Source: Candidatus Latescibacterota bacterium
Lineage (GTDB): Bacteria > Latescibacterota > UBA2968 > GCA-2709665
Reading direction: 5' to 3'
Length of the DNA: 64,000 bases
NCBI GenBank assembly: GCA_965219995.1
Contig: CBDCOX010000002.1
Span: forward strand, 128,001-192,000
The notes under the pieces are model-generated. The model saw only the letters and a program-made list of their open reading frames with translations. It was not told the origin of the DNA and did no database searches. A program made the position numbers and the translations under genes. Each line of letters begins with the position of its first letter. The stretch's first letter is position 1. Of this stretch, positions 46,552-56,484 are shown in pieces.

Positions 46552-47340
46552 TCAATTGCTCAGTTCTTCGATATCCAGTCCTTCGATCCGCCCTTCCTGA
46601 ATGTCGATTTCGTCACGCCTGCGAACCAGCTCCACCTGCCCGTCACGAAGGTCCACGACCCGGTCGGACGCGACCAGCATCTTGTGGTCGTGCGTGTTCG
46701 TGACGATGGTGACGCCGCTCTCCGACTGGAGTCTTTGCAGCAGTTCGATAATCTCCTGCCCGGTTTTCAGGTCCAGGTTTCCGGTGGGTTCGTCCGCGAG
46801 AACCAGGTCGGGGTCGTTGGCAATGGCCCGGGCGATGGCCACGCGCTGCTGCTGGCCTCCCGAGAGTTCGTACGGGTTGTGGCGAAGGCGCTCCCCCAGA
46901 CCCACCAGTGACAGCTTGTGAGCGGCCTTCTCCTCGTATTCCGACTTCTTCATTCCCGAAAAAACCATGGGCAGCGCGACATTTTCCAGCGCGGTCATCA
47001 CGGGGATGAGATTGAAACTCTGGAATATATAGCCGATATTGTGGCACCGGAGGTAGGCAATTTGCGACTGGCTGAGGCTTCCCATTTCGATCGCGTTGAC
47101 CACGACCGTGCCCTTGGTGGGTCGGTCCAGGGCGCCGACCATATTGAATAGCGTCGTCTTTCCGGAGCCGGACGGTCCCATGATGGAGAGGTATTCGCCA
47201 CGGATGACGTCGAGAGAGACGCCGCGAAGCGCGTGGACTTCCTGGTCTCCCATCGCGTAGGTCTTCCAGACGTCGTGCACCTCGATGATATGATCTTCAT
47301 TTTCCGGCTGGTCGGATGGGGCATTGGGCGCCGACGCCAT
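46552..47340 (-). CDS. ABC ATPase, LolD/MacB-type
   Basis: GPSGSGKTT, IGYIFQSFNL, LSGGQQQRV, LADEPTGNLD, THD. TTGACA-17-TAACAT promoter at 47431-47403. Confidence 0.93.
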   Translation of the reverse strand: MASAPNAPSDQPENEDHIIEVHDVWKTYAMGDQEVHALRGVSLDVIRGEYLSIMGPSGSGKTTLFNMVGALDRPTKGTVVVNAIEMGSLSQSQIAYLRCHNIGYIFQSFNLIPVMTALENVALPMVFSGMKKSEYEEKAAHKLSLVGLGERLRHNPYELSGGQQQRVAIARAIANDPDLVLADEPTGNLDLKTGQEIIELLQRLQSESGVTIVTNTHDHKMLVASDRVVDLRDGQVELVRRRDEIDIQEGRIEGLDIEELSN

Positions 47341-47533
47341 AGCGGCTTCTCCTTGAAGACGGCTTCCTTACGTTTTTCTTGGAATTTGAAGATAGCCCGC
47401 GTATGTTAGAGAAAATGAGCGCGTCTGTCAAGAATTTTGTCGAACCCGGGATGATTCGTGATCAGGTAGGCGGCGGGTCGCCGATTGTGTCGCGTGCGCG
47501 CCCTGACGGTTCGGACGCCAGGAGGTGTCGCCA

Positions 47534-48361
47534 ATGAAGCTTGCGGTGTGTAATGAGTTTTTCGAAGACTGGGAGATCGAGCGGGTTTTTGACTACGCTG
47601 CGCGGATCGGTTGCGACGGGGTCGAGATTGCGCCGTTCACCCTGGCGGAGACGGTCCACGACATTTCAACCGGCAGCAGGCGGGACATTCGCCGGGCCGC
47701 GGAAGCGGCGGGCGTGGAAATCGTGGGTCTGCATTGGCTGCTGGTGAAACCCGCCGGTCTGTACATCAACCACCCGGACAGGCGGGTCCGGCAGCGCACG
47801 CAGGATTATGTGAAGGCGTTGATCGACTTCTGCGGAGATCTCGGGGGCGAAGTGATGATTCACGGCTCGCCCCAGCAGCGGAATATCCAGGAGGGATGGG
47901 ACCCCGGCGACTGCTTCGACCGGGCCGTCGATCTGTTCGCCGGGTGCTCGGACGTGATGTCGGATCGCGGCGTTACCTATTGCATCGAGCCGCTGACGGA
48001 TCAGGAGACCAATTTCGTAACCGGTGTGGACGAGGCCCTTAAGCTGGTCGACGCCGTGGGGCACCCGAATTTTCAGACGATGGTGGATTGTCGTGCGGCG
48101 GCCACGGAGGCAGCGTCCCATGCGGAGGTGATTGCCCGGGCCGGAAACGCCATGCGGCACGTCCACGTCAACGACCCCAATCTGCGCGGGCCCGGGTTCG
48201 GCGAACTTCAGTTCACGCCAATTCTGAAGGCGCTCAGGGATCTGAGATACAACGGATATGTATCGGTTGAAGTCTTCGACTTCGAACCGGACCCGGAAAC
48301 GATCGCCGCGCGCAGCATCGGCTATCTGAAGGGGATTCTCGAAGCGCTTGCAGTGGAATGA
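47534..48361 (+). CDS. Sugar phosphate isomerase/epimerase (D-tagatose 3-epimerase-like)
   Basis: GVEIAPF, GLHWLL, CIEPL..ETNF, HVHVND, SVEVF. Confidence 0.85.
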   Translation: MKLAVCNEFFEDWEIERVFDYAARIGCDGVEIAPFTLAETVHDISTGSRRDIRRAAEAAGVEIVGLHWLLVKPAGLYINHPDRRVRQRTQDYVKALIDFCGDLGGEVMIHGSPQQRNIQEGWDPGDCFDRAVDLFAGCSDVMSDRGVTYCIEPLTDQETNFVTGVDEALKLVDAVGHPNFQTMVDCRAAATEAASHAEVIARAGNAMRHVHVNDPNLRGPGFGELQFTPILKALRDLRYNGYVSVEVFDFEPDPETIAARSIGYLKGILEALAVE

Positions 48362-48400
48362 GAGTTCGTACGTTAATTCCGGTCCCGACTCCGCACGGGA

Positions 48401-49837
48401 TCAGAAGGCTCCCGCGTCGTCATCGGCGACCGGCGTGAGCCGCAGGACGGTCCCCGGGTTGTTCAGGACGACGTAGATGGCGCCGTCCGGTCCGCTCGCC
48501 ACGTCACGCACGCGACCGGCGTTCTTGAGGATGGTTTCCTGGTAGATCACGCGGTCGTTTTCGATCGCGAGGAGGCGGACCTCCTCAAACGCGAGGGCGC
48601 CCACGAGCAGTCGGTTCTTCCAGCGCGCGAAGAGGTCGCCGCGGTAGAAGTCGATGCCGCACACGGCGATGGAGGGACGCCAGAACAGGACCGGCTGTTC
48701 GAGGCCGGGCTTTCGCTCGAACTCCGAGACAGGGGTCCCGTTGTAGTTCCGGCCGTACGTAATTGCCGGCCAGCCGTAATTGACCCCTGCCCGTATGAGG
48801 TTGATTTCGTCCCCGCCCATGGGCCCGTGCTCGCTCTCCCAGAGGGCGCCCGTCACCGGATGCACGGCCAGGCCCTGCGGGTTGCGCTGGCCGAAGCTGA
48901 ATACGGTCGGAAGGGCGCCTTCCGTCTCCAGGAAGGGGTTGTCTGCGGGTATCCGGCCGTCCCTGTGGATGCGGTGAATTTTCCCGCCGGGCCTGCCCAA
49001 ATCCTGCGCGTGCCGGGGTATGCCCCGGTCGCCAACCGGAAAGTAGAGATAGCCGGCCGGATCGAATGCAATGCGGCAGCCGTAGTGGTACCGGGTTCGG
49101 CCATAGGTCTCGTGCGGTGCTTCGTATATGACCTGCTGATCGGTCCAGGCGTTATTCCTGAGACGACCCCTGACGAGGCGCGTCATCGCGGGTGGTCGGT
49201 CGGCGCCGGCGGTGTCCGCGAGCGCGTGGCTGTACGCGAGATAGATCCATCCGTTTTCATTGTAATCGGGGTCGACGGCCACGTCCATCAGCCCGCCCTG
49301 TCCCTGATGCAGGACCCGGGGCGTATCCGATACGGGATCGGGACGCAGCACGCCGTTCCTCACCACGCGAAGCCTGCCGGGTCGCTCGGTGATGAGTGCG
49401 GTGTCGTTATCGGGGAAGTCTATCGACCAGGGAATCCGCAGACCCTCCACCCAGCGTTCAACACGAATACGATAGTCGTACGTGTCGAGGGTGTCCGGAA
49501 TGGGCGGTTTCTTTCCGCCTGCGGATTCTTCGGCCTCCCGGATGTATTTCGAGATGGCGTTGATCTGGTTCCGCGCAAGCACGTGTCCGAACGCGGGCAT
49601 TCCCTGCTGGACGATGCCGAACATGATGTTTCGGGCGATGTTCCCGCGTCCGCCGTAGATCCAGACACCGTCGGTCAGACTGGGCGCGGTAACGCCCTCC
49701 AGGTTCTGACCGTGACAGGTCGCGCAATACTGGCGATAGAGCGCCCGACCGTCTGTCGATGGTTCGCCGGCCGCAAAGGAAGGGCTGCAGATGGCGGATA
49801 TGACGCCCAGTAGAAGACTGGCCGGCACACGTTTCAT
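48401..49837 (-). CDS. PQQ-dependent sugar dehydrogenase (GSDH) with N-terminal cytochrome c
   Basis: Signal peptide, CATCHG..GMP, ITERPGRL, GQGGLMDV, GQRNPQG, EHGPMGGDE, GRVRDV. Confidence 0.9.
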   Translation of the reverse strand: MKRVPASLLLGVISAICSPSFAAGEPSTDGRALYRQYCATCHGQNLEGVTAPSLTDGVWIYGGRGNIARNIMFGIVQQGMPAFGHVLARNQINAISKYIREAEESAGGKKPPIPDTLDTYDYRIRVERWVEGLRIPWSIDFPDNDTALITERPGRLRVVRNGVLRPDPVSDTPRVLHQGQGGLMDVAVDPDYNENGWIYLAYSHALADTAGADRPPAMTRLVRGRLRNNAWTDQQVIYEAPHETYGRTRYHYGCRIAFDPAGYLYFPVGDRGIPRHAQDLGRPGGKIHRIHRDGRIPADNPFLETEGALPTVFSFGQRNPQGLAVHPVTGALWESEHGPMGGDEINLIRAGVNYGWPAITYGRNYNGTPVSEFERKPGLEQPVLFWRPSIAVCGIDFYRGDLFARWKNRLLVGALAFEEVRLLAIENDRVIYQETILKNAGRVRDVASGPDGAIYVVLNNPGTVLRLTPVADDDAGAF

Positions 49838-49894
49838 AATTCCTCCTCGTGGCTTGTCGATGCGCGCGATTCGCGTCTGTTTCGCAGTGGTCCG

Positions 49895-50944
49895 ATGAAC
49901 ACTCCCGGGAATCCTGTGACAGAACCGGTCCAACCCGTAGACGTCGCCGTTATCGGCCCGGGCAGGATGGGCGGACTCTACGCTCGACTCCTCCGGCAAT
50001 CGGCGCTGACCAGGCTGGTTGCCGTGTGCGGCCGGGGGGAGGCCGCCGTCAGGAACGTTGCCACGGAATTGGACGTTCCGTTCTACACCGGCGCCCGTTA
50101 CCGCGACATGCTCTCCGACCATCCGCAGATCGAAGCGGTGATCGTTGCCACGTCCGAATGGGCGCACGCCGATCCCGTCGGGGCCTGCCTGAATTCCGGA
50201 AAGCACGTGCTTGTAGAAAAACCGATGGCGACGTCCCCTTCCGATGCCGCCCGGATGGTCCGGGACGCGGACCGGAACGGCGTGCGCCTGATGGTTTGTC
50301 ACAGTCTGCGTTTCGATCCCCGGTTCGCCGCCATGCGGGAAGCGGTCGCGGGCGGCGAAATCGGCGACGTCCTTCATCTCTACAGCCGGAGATCCTCCCA
50401 ACCCGCCGCCGTCGATCGGGTGCTGGGCCGGTTTCCGCTGGCCTATTGGCTGCTGCCGCACGATATCGATCTCGCGCTCTGGACGTCGCGAAGCGGGGTC
50501 GCCCGGGTCATGGCGTACGCCCGGTCCGGCGGGCAGCGCCGGCAGGATCTGATCGTCGTCGTTCTGACCTTTGACTGCGGTGCCGTTGCCGTTCTGGAAA
50601 ATGTCTGGGGTTCGCCCACGCGGGCCGGACGGCCGCAGAACCAGCTCTTCACCGTACGCGGCACGGACGGGGCCGTCGAGGTCCTTCCGTACGAAACCGG
50701 TCTTGCGGTCTATCGCGCCGACGACGTGGAATATCCCGATACCTCCGCCGCACCGGAGGTACACGGGCAGACCGAGGGCATGTCACGTTCGCTGATCCGG
50801 CACTTCGCGGGCGTGGTACGGAACTTGTGGAAACCTCAGATTACACCCCGGGACGGGCAGGCGGTTGTCCGGGTGGCATCCGCGGTAGACGCGTCGCTGA
50901 AGGAGGGCCGTGAAATCATCCTGTCACCAACGGAGGACGCATGA
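49895..50944 (+). CDS. Gfo/Idh/MocA oxidoreductase
   Basis: VAVIGPGRMG, HVLVEKPMA, HSLRF, HDIDL. Confidence 0.9.
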   Translation: MNTPGNPVTEPVQPVDVAVIGPGRMGGLYARLLRQSALTRLVAVCGRGEAAVRNVATELDVPFYTGARYRDMLSDHPQIEAVIVATSEWAHADPVGACLNSGKHVLVEKPMATSPSDAARMVRDADRNGVRLMVCHSLRFDPRFAAMREAVAGGEIGDVLHLYSRRSSQPAAVDRVLGRFPLAYWLLPHDIDLALWTSRSGVARVMAYARSGGQRRQDLIVVVLTFDCGAVAVLENVWGSPTRAGRPQNQLFTVRGTDGAVEVLPYETGLAVYRADDVEYPDTSAAPEVHGQTEGMSRSLIRHFAGVVRNLWKPQITPRDGQAVVRVASAVDASLKEGREIILSPTEDA

Positions 50945-51324
50945 TCCGATCGATCGAGCATATCGCAATTGTCGCGGCCGATTCCAAAGCGCTCGCCCGT
51001 TGGTACTGCGACATTCTTGAATTCGAGATGATCCTTGAGAACGAAGAGAGCCGGACCTGGTTCGTGCGCCTCCCGGGAGGCGGAATCCTGGAGTTCCTGC
51101 CGTCAAACGACCGGACGCGCACGCCCGGCGCCGCCGACGACGCGGGCATCCGGCATATTGCGCTCTCGGTGGATGACTTCGATTCGGCGTGCCGGGTACT
51201 GGAGAGCCGCGGCGCCGCGTTTGTTGGGCCGTACCGGGAGACTTCCGCGGGGACCCGGTTCAACTTTCTGGCGGATCCCGAAGGCAATCTGCTGCAGATT
51301 GTGTACCGGCCCGAGTCTTTGTAA
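50941..51324 (+). CDS. VOC (glyoxalase) family protein
   Basis: IEHIAI, ILEF, GIRHIALSVDD, FLADPEGNLLQ. Confidence 0.88.
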   Translation: MIRSIEHIAIVAADSKALARWYCDILEFEMILENEESRTWFVRLPGGGILEFLPSNDRTRTPGAADDAGIRHIALSVDDFDSACRVLESRGAAFVGPYRETSAGTRFNFLADPEGNLLQIVYRPESL

Positions 51325-51381
51325 CCCGGAGTCTCTCCGTATTGGCGCATCCGCCCGTACCGTCGATGTAACGATCCGGCC

Positions 51382-52458
51382 TCAACGCTGATATTTCGGC
51401 TCTCGGGGCGCCCTTTCTCTTTGCAGACGGAACCTGCTGCCGCTCATCGGCAACTCGACCCTTGCCCCGCCGCGCACGTGAGATTCGACGAACGCGAAAA
51501 TGAGCTCGGTATTGGCGTGCGCCGTTCTGACGCCGCCGCGCGGCGGTTCTCCGGTGTCCAGCGAACGGACGAGGTCTTGGATCAGCCGGACCGTTGAACT
51601 CGCCGGTTTGAAGGCCGGAAATTCCTGCGGCACCAGCACGGGCCGGCCGCGATGGTCCTCGGCGCCGTGCGCGCGCAATTCCCACGCCTTGCCGTTGTGC
51701 GTTCCCGTGACCACGCCCCGGTCGCCCACCGCCTCCACTTCCATGCCCCGTCCTGAATTCAGCGCGTATGCGGTGACTCCGTTTTCGAATTGCAGGATGC
51801 CGTGCCCCACCGGGTCCTCGGTCAGGCGTTCGCCGTCAATCACCTGGTCTCCGTTCGGCAGGTGGGCCTGAACCCACGACACCGGGTGGTCGCCATTGAG
51901 CCGCATCAGCAGGTCGAAGCTGTGGCTGGCGCCGTTGAAGAGAGGGCCGGTCTGATGGACGATCAGCGTGCGCAGGCGGCCGATCCGCCCGCCGTCGATC
52001 ACCTCCTTCATCGCGTCGTAACCAGGATCCCAGCGGCGGTTTGTGCCCATATTGAAAACGGCCCCGTTACGCTCAACCGCATCCACCATCGCGTCGGCTT
52101 CGTCGAGAGACGCGGCCATGGCTTTTTCGCCATAGACCGCGCGGACCCCCCGTTCGACCGCATCGATGACGATACCCGCGCGCTGCTCGGGCTGCGTGGC
52201 GACGCTGACGATGTCCGGGCGCTCGCGTTCGATCATCTCCCGGTAGTCGAAGTACTGCCTGTCTTCCGGCACGCCATAGCGGAGTCCGACCTGTTTCATG
52301 GCTTCTCCGCGCAAATCTGAACATGCGGTCATTTCCGTTCGTTCGCACGCCTCGTATCCCGCCGCGTGCGAGTAAGCGCCCCAGGATTCAGGCACTTCGT
52401 TGTCGATGAAGGCGCCCATTCTGCTGCACCCGATCAGCGCGGCCTTGTAGGTTTTCAT
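51382..52458 (-). CDS. Gfo/Idh/MocA oxidoreductase
   Basis: AALIGCSRMG, PDIVSVAT, GEKAMA, SHSFD. TTGACA-17-AATATT upstream at 52589-52561. Confidence 0.88.
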   Translation of the reverse strand: MKTYKAALIGCSRMGAFIDNEVPESWGAYSHAAGYEACERTEMTACSDLRGEAMKQVGLRYGVPEDRQYFDYREMIERERPDIVSVATQPEQRAGIVIDAVERGVRAVYGEKAMAASLDEADAMVDAVERNGAVFNMGTNRRWDPGYDAMKEVIDGGRIGRLRTLIVHQTGPLFNGASHSFDLLMRLNGDHPVSWVQAHLPNGDQVIDGERLTEDPVGHGILQFENGVTAYALNSGRGMEVEAVGDRGVVTGTHNGKAWELRAHGAEDHRGRPVLVPQEFPAFKPASSTVRLIQDLVRSLDTGEPPRGGVRTAHANTELIFAFVESHVRGGARVELPMSGSRFRLQRERAPREPKYQR

Positions 52459-52701
52459 GAAGATTCTCTTCCGTTAATGGATCTGTCGCTGCCGGGAAGA
52501 ACGCTTCCAGGTTGACCGGACCGATACCCGCGCCACCCGCCCTGACGACGTGGAACCGCTAATATTCGGCCTCTGGTGCTGGATGTCAAGCGCAAACGAC
52601 CGAAAACCGAAGTCGCAGCAAGAAAATAAACGGATCGTACAACCGCCGATCGCCATCGGATCGGGCGCCGACCAGGCCGGCAGTACGGTCATACATTCCG
52701 C

Positions 52702-52730
52702 TTGACTTCGACCCCTGTTTCGTATAGATT
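52702..52730 (+). promoter_or_regulatory. tRNA-Val promoter
   Basis: TTGACT-17-TAGATT. Confidence 0.55.
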
Positions 52731-52865
52731 TCCGTCCGGATCGGACGTTTGGTTCGCGCATTAAATTACGAAAAGGCGGTCAGTCTTCACGGCGCCGTTC
52801 ATCGGGAACCACGAACCCGCTGTCGCCGGCTTCAAGGCGCCATGAAGAACCGGTTCAAATTGGAT

Positions 52866-52942
52866 GGGCGATTAGCTCAGGTGGTTAGAGTGCTTGCTTG
52901 ACATGCAAGAGGTCACTGGTTCGAGTCCAGTATCGCCCACCA
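52866..52942 (+). tRNA. tRNA-Val(GAC)
   Basis: GGGCGAT/ATCGCCC acceptor, anticodon loop TTGACAT, TTCGAGT T-loop, encoded CCA. Confidence 0.98.
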
Positions 52943-52955
52943 TCTTTATTCACTG

Positions 52956-52997
52956 AAAAAAAAGGGCCTGCGACGGTACACCGCAGGCCCTTTTTTT
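52956..52997 (+). terminator. Intrinsic terminator after tRNA-Val
   Basis: AAAAGGGCCTGCG/CGCAGGCCCTTTT stem with A and T tracts. Confidence 0.85.
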
Positions 52998-53227
52998 ACG
53001 TTCATTGCAGGATTGCCGGCGAGGGATGCCTGTACTTGTTGTTCTTGCCAGGAATCTTGCTTTTCAGTACCATTCCGCCGGAATGTCGCAATCTCGTCGC
53101 CTTTTTGCGACGGGCATCCGGTCCCGGGTCGCCTCATCAAGGATTCCGGACCCCTTCTGGATACGATTAAATGTCAGGCGTCACCCGAAAACTGCCGTAA
53201 CGTGTCTGCACTCGCAAAAGGAAAGAG

Positions 53228-55492
53228 ATGATTCCGAACCCCACGGCGGCAACCTCCGGCCGGGCCTCCCCGTCGTCCGGCCGGGGACACGGATTCGGCA
53301 CGGCGCCGGTCTTTCTCGCGTCGATCAGCACGATTCTCGGGGCCATCCTGTTCCTTCGTTTCGGGTACGCCGTCGCGCATACGGGACTCTGGGGCAGCCT
53401 GATGATTATCGTACTCGGACACCTGGTGACCATACCCACGGTCCTGGCGGTGTCCGAGATCGCGACCAACCGCCGAGTGGCGGGAGGCGGTGCGTACTAC
53501 ATTATCAGCCGGTCGTTCGGCACCAGCATCGGCGGTTCGATCGGGATCGCGCTCTACCTTTCTCAGGCGATATCGGTGGCGTTCTACCTGGTCGCGTTCG
53601 CGGAGGCGTTCCAGCCGGTCTATGCGTGGGCTTACGAACAGTACCAGGTGGATGCCGACCCGCGCTGGGTGAGTCTGGGCTGCACCGTATTTCTCGTCGT
53701 GCTGATGCTCCTCAAGGGCGCCGGCGTCGGCGTCGGCGCCCTTTGGGTCGTCAGCGTGATTCTCGGCGTGTCCATTGTTTCATTTCTGTTCGGAACGGGT
53801 CCCGAGTCCATCCGCCCCGACGCGCTTCATCTGACCGACAAGATCGAATCGCCGGACGCGTTCGGCGTCGTCTTTGCGACCTGCTTCCCGGCCTTTACCG
53901 GTATGATTGCCGGGCTGGGACTCTCGGGGGACCTGAAGAATCCACAGCGGAGTATCCCTCTAGGAATTATCGCCGCGACGTTTGCGGGCATGGTCGTGTA
54001 CGCACTGGTGGCGATCAAACTCGCAGAGAGCGCGACTCCGCAAGCGCTGAACGGCGATCAGTTCATCATGTCGCAGATCGCCATCTGGGGTCCTGCAATC
54101 CATATTGGTCTGGGCGCCGCCGCACTGTCGTCCGCCCTCGGCTCGATCCTCGTCGCGCCGAGAACCCTGCAGGCACTCGCCAGGGACAAGGTTCTTCCCA
54201 TTCCGAAATTGAACCAGCTGCTGGCCAGGGGTTGGGGGAAGGCGCAGGAGCCCGTCTACTCGACATGCGTATCAAGTGCCATAGCGGTGGTTTTTGTCGT
54301 TTTGGGCGACATCGACTTCATTGCGAAGATTCTCAGCATGTTTTTCATGGTCACGTACGGCGCCCTGTGTTCCGTTTCGTTCCTCGAATATTTCGCAGGG
54401 AATCCGTCGTACCGCCCCACGTTTCATTCGCGCTGGTACGTGTCGCTGATCGGCGCGGTCATGTGCGCGCTGATGATGCTCCAGATGAGTTTTCAGTATA
54501 CGCTGATCGCCATCGCGCTCATGGCCGCGATATATTTCGGGCTGCGGCGTTCGCGAAAAGGAGAACGCGACCTCACGGCGATCTTTCAGGGCACGATGTT
54601 CCAGCTCACCCGCCGGCTTCAGATCACGCTGCAGAAGAACCAGGTGGAAAAATACGACGGCGGCTGGCGCCCCTCGATTGTTGCCGTGACGCGTTTCGGC
54701 GACCGCCGTTTGGGGCACTTCGATCTGTTGCGCTGGATCAGCCACAGGCACGGGTTCGGCCATTTCGTCCAGTACTATCAAGGTGAATACTCGATCGACG
54801 ACGAGGCGAAAGCCCGCATCCAGGTGGACAAACTCATCGAGCGGGCGAACGTCAGCGGCGCCGGGATTTTCGTCGATTCTCTGATCTGCCCTTCGTTCAG
54901 CCAGGCGCTGGCGCAGACACTCCAGATGCCCGGCATCTCCGGCCTGCCCAACAACTGCATTCTTCTTGAGTTCGACAAGGACCGTCCGGAGGAAATCGAT
55001 GAAACGGCCGAGGGCGTGCGACTTGCGGCCGCGGCGATGTTCAATGTCATGGTCCTGCGTTCCACGAACTACCGGTTCGGTTACCGGTCTTCGATTCATC
55101 TGTGGGTGACGGAGGATAATCTGACCAATGCGCCGCTGATGCTGCTTCTTGCGTATATCGTCGTGGGCCACCGCGACTGGCGGCGGGCGGAGATCAGGCT
55201 CTTCGCCTGCCATGAGTCCGCAGACGCGGAACGCGAGACACGCAGGCTGTCCAGTCTGATGACGGAGGGTCGGCTGCCCATTTCCCTGCAGAACGTCACC
55301 TCCGTCGAATGCACGACGGATGAGTCCGTCGAGGAAGAGGTCTCCCGTCGCTCTTCCGAGGCCGACCTGGTCATCGCCGGCATTACTGAAGACGAGGTAC
55401 GATCCGATGCGGGGGAGGACGTACTCCGGCGCTACAACGGCGCAAACGACGTTCTGTTCGTACACGCGAGGGAGAATATCGTAATCGAATGA
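53228..55492 (+). CDS. Cation-chloride cotransporter (SLC12/CCC-like, APC superfamily)
   Basis: TILGAILFLR, SEIATN..GGGAYYIISRSFG, FPAFTGMIAG..SGDLKNPQRSIP, WRP, large cytosolic C-terminal domain. Confidence 0.85.
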   Translation: MIPNPTAATSGRASPSSGRGHGFGTAPVFLASISTILGAILFLRFGYAVAHTGLWGSLMIIVLGHLVTIPTVLAVSEIATNRRVAGGGAYYIISRSFGTSIGGSIGIALYLSQAISVAFYLVAFAEAFQPVYAWAYEQYQVDADPRWVSLGCTVFLVVLMLLKGAGVGVGALWVVSVILGVSIVSFLFGTGPESIRPDALHLTDKIESPDAFGVVFATCFPAFTGMIAGLGLSGDLKNPQRSIPLGIIAATFAGMVVYALVAIKLAESATPQALNGDQFIMSQIAIWGPAIHIGLGAAALSSALGSILVAPRTLQALARDKVLPIPKLNQLLARGWGKAQEPVYSTCVSSAIAVVFVVLGDIDFIAKILSMFFMVTYGALCSVSFLEYFAGNPSYRPTFHSRWYVSLIGAVMCALMMLQMSFQYTLIAIALMAAIYFGLRRSRKGERDLTAIFQGTMFQLTRRLQITLQKNQVEKYDGGWRPSIVAVTRFGDRRLGHFDLLRWISHRHGFGHFVQYYQGEYSIDDEAKARIQVDKLIERANVSGAGIFVDSLICPSFSQALAQTLQMPGISGLPNNCILLEFDKDRPEEIDETAEGVRLAAAAMFNVMVLRSTNYRFGYRSSIHLWVTEDNLTNAPLMLLLAYIVVGHRDWRRAEIRLFACHESADAERETRRLSSLMTEGRLPISLQNVTSVECTTDESVEEEVSRRSSEADLVIAGITEDEVRSDAGEDVLRRYNGANDVLFVHARENIVIE

Positions 55493-55569
55493 CCGGCCGT
55501 TGCCGGTGAAGGTTCCGGCGTCTGATTTCGGGGATGTAATCCGGCCGTCCCTGAGAAGGAGCATTTGCA

Positions 55570-56385
55570 ATGAAAACCGCGAACGCACACACGGATGCAG
55601 GCGAACCCGTCGAATCCGCGCCGATACAGCCCATGACGGAATACGAAAAATTCCTCTTCGACCTGAAGGGTTTTCTCGTTATTCCCGGCGTGCTCACGGA
55701 CGATGCAATACAAAGCGTTCGGGAGCACATCGATGTCTACATGAAAGATCCCGGGAGTCTGCCGGAGCACCAGAGGGCGCCCATCGCCGGCCCCGCGGAA
55801 TTTCTCATCGATCATCCGAGGGTCATGGGTGTCCTGCAGGAGGTGATTCATCCGGAACGCGATCGCATCCGCCTGGAGAGCGTCTTCGTTTCCGCCCGAT
55901 CGACCGGGACGACCGGGAATCAATGGCGGCCTCACGTGGGCGGGACGAATCTCGATCCGTCCACTTCCTACCGCTTTCACAACGGTCGAATCTACAGCGG
56001 GATGACACGCATTGTCTGGGAATTGAATGAAGTGAAGAAGGGGCAGGGCGGCACGTGCCTCGTGCCCGGCTCGCACAAGGCCAATACGGTTTCGGCCCAG
56101 GACGGGACCTGGCCGGAGCAGGCCGACGATCCGGACTCGGGACTCTGGGAGACCTACGGGTGTCCGCCGGGGAGTCTTGTCGTATTCTCAGAGGGGGTGC
56201 GGCATACCGGATCGGCCTGGACGAATCATGACAATCCCCGCCGGGCCATTCTGATCGCTTACAACTACGTGACCGTCCGGTTCCACGAACCCAAACCCTG
56301 CATGAATTCCGTGGTGATCGGCGGGTTGAACGAAGCGCGTCAGAGGTTTTTCAGGGACGTCTGGATCCTGCCAAACAAGAGGTAG
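55570..56385 (+). CDS. PhyH-family Fe/2OG enzyme with HxG motif
   Basis: FLFDLKGFLV, WRPHVGG, GGTCLVPGSHK, EGVRHTG..PRRA. Confidence 0.85.
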   Translation: MKTANAHTDAGEPVESAPIQPMTEYEKFLFDLKGFLVIPGVLTDDAIQSVREHIDVYMKDPGSLPEHQRAPIAGPAEFLIDHPRVMGVLQEVIHPERDRIRLESVFVSARSTGTTGNQWRPHVGGTNLDPSTSYRFHNGRIYSGMTRIVWELNEVKKGQGGTCLVPGSHKANTVSAQDGTWPEQADDPDSGLWETYGCPPGSLVVFSEGVRHTGSAWTNHDNPRRAILIAYNYVTVRFHEPKPCMNSVVIGGLNEARQRFFRDVWILPNKR

Positions 56386-56412
56386 TCGGCAAGTCATCCG
56401 CAACTCGCGATC

Positions 56413-56451
56413 AGAAAAGCCCGGCCAATCGAATGGCTTCGGGCTTTTTCG
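56413..56451. terminator. Probable bidirectional terminator
   Basis: AAAAGCCCG..CGGGCTTTT stem between convergent PhyH genes. Confidence 0.65.
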
Positions 56452-56484
56452 GTTTCTGAGTTTCGACTCGTATTTCGGTTCGGG

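Noticed and set aside
49838-50764. N-terminal extensions of ORF-track calls (787-aa GSDH; also 813-aa M23, 739-aa ThrS, 444-aa epimerase)
   Set aside because: The extensions overlap real genes or leader regions; starts were trimmed using SD sites and domain boundaries.
53071-53087. CATTCCG-C-CGGAATG palindrome resembling the one at 17548-17567 (shared regulon)
   Set aside because: Spacing differs and two short sites are too few to support a regulon.
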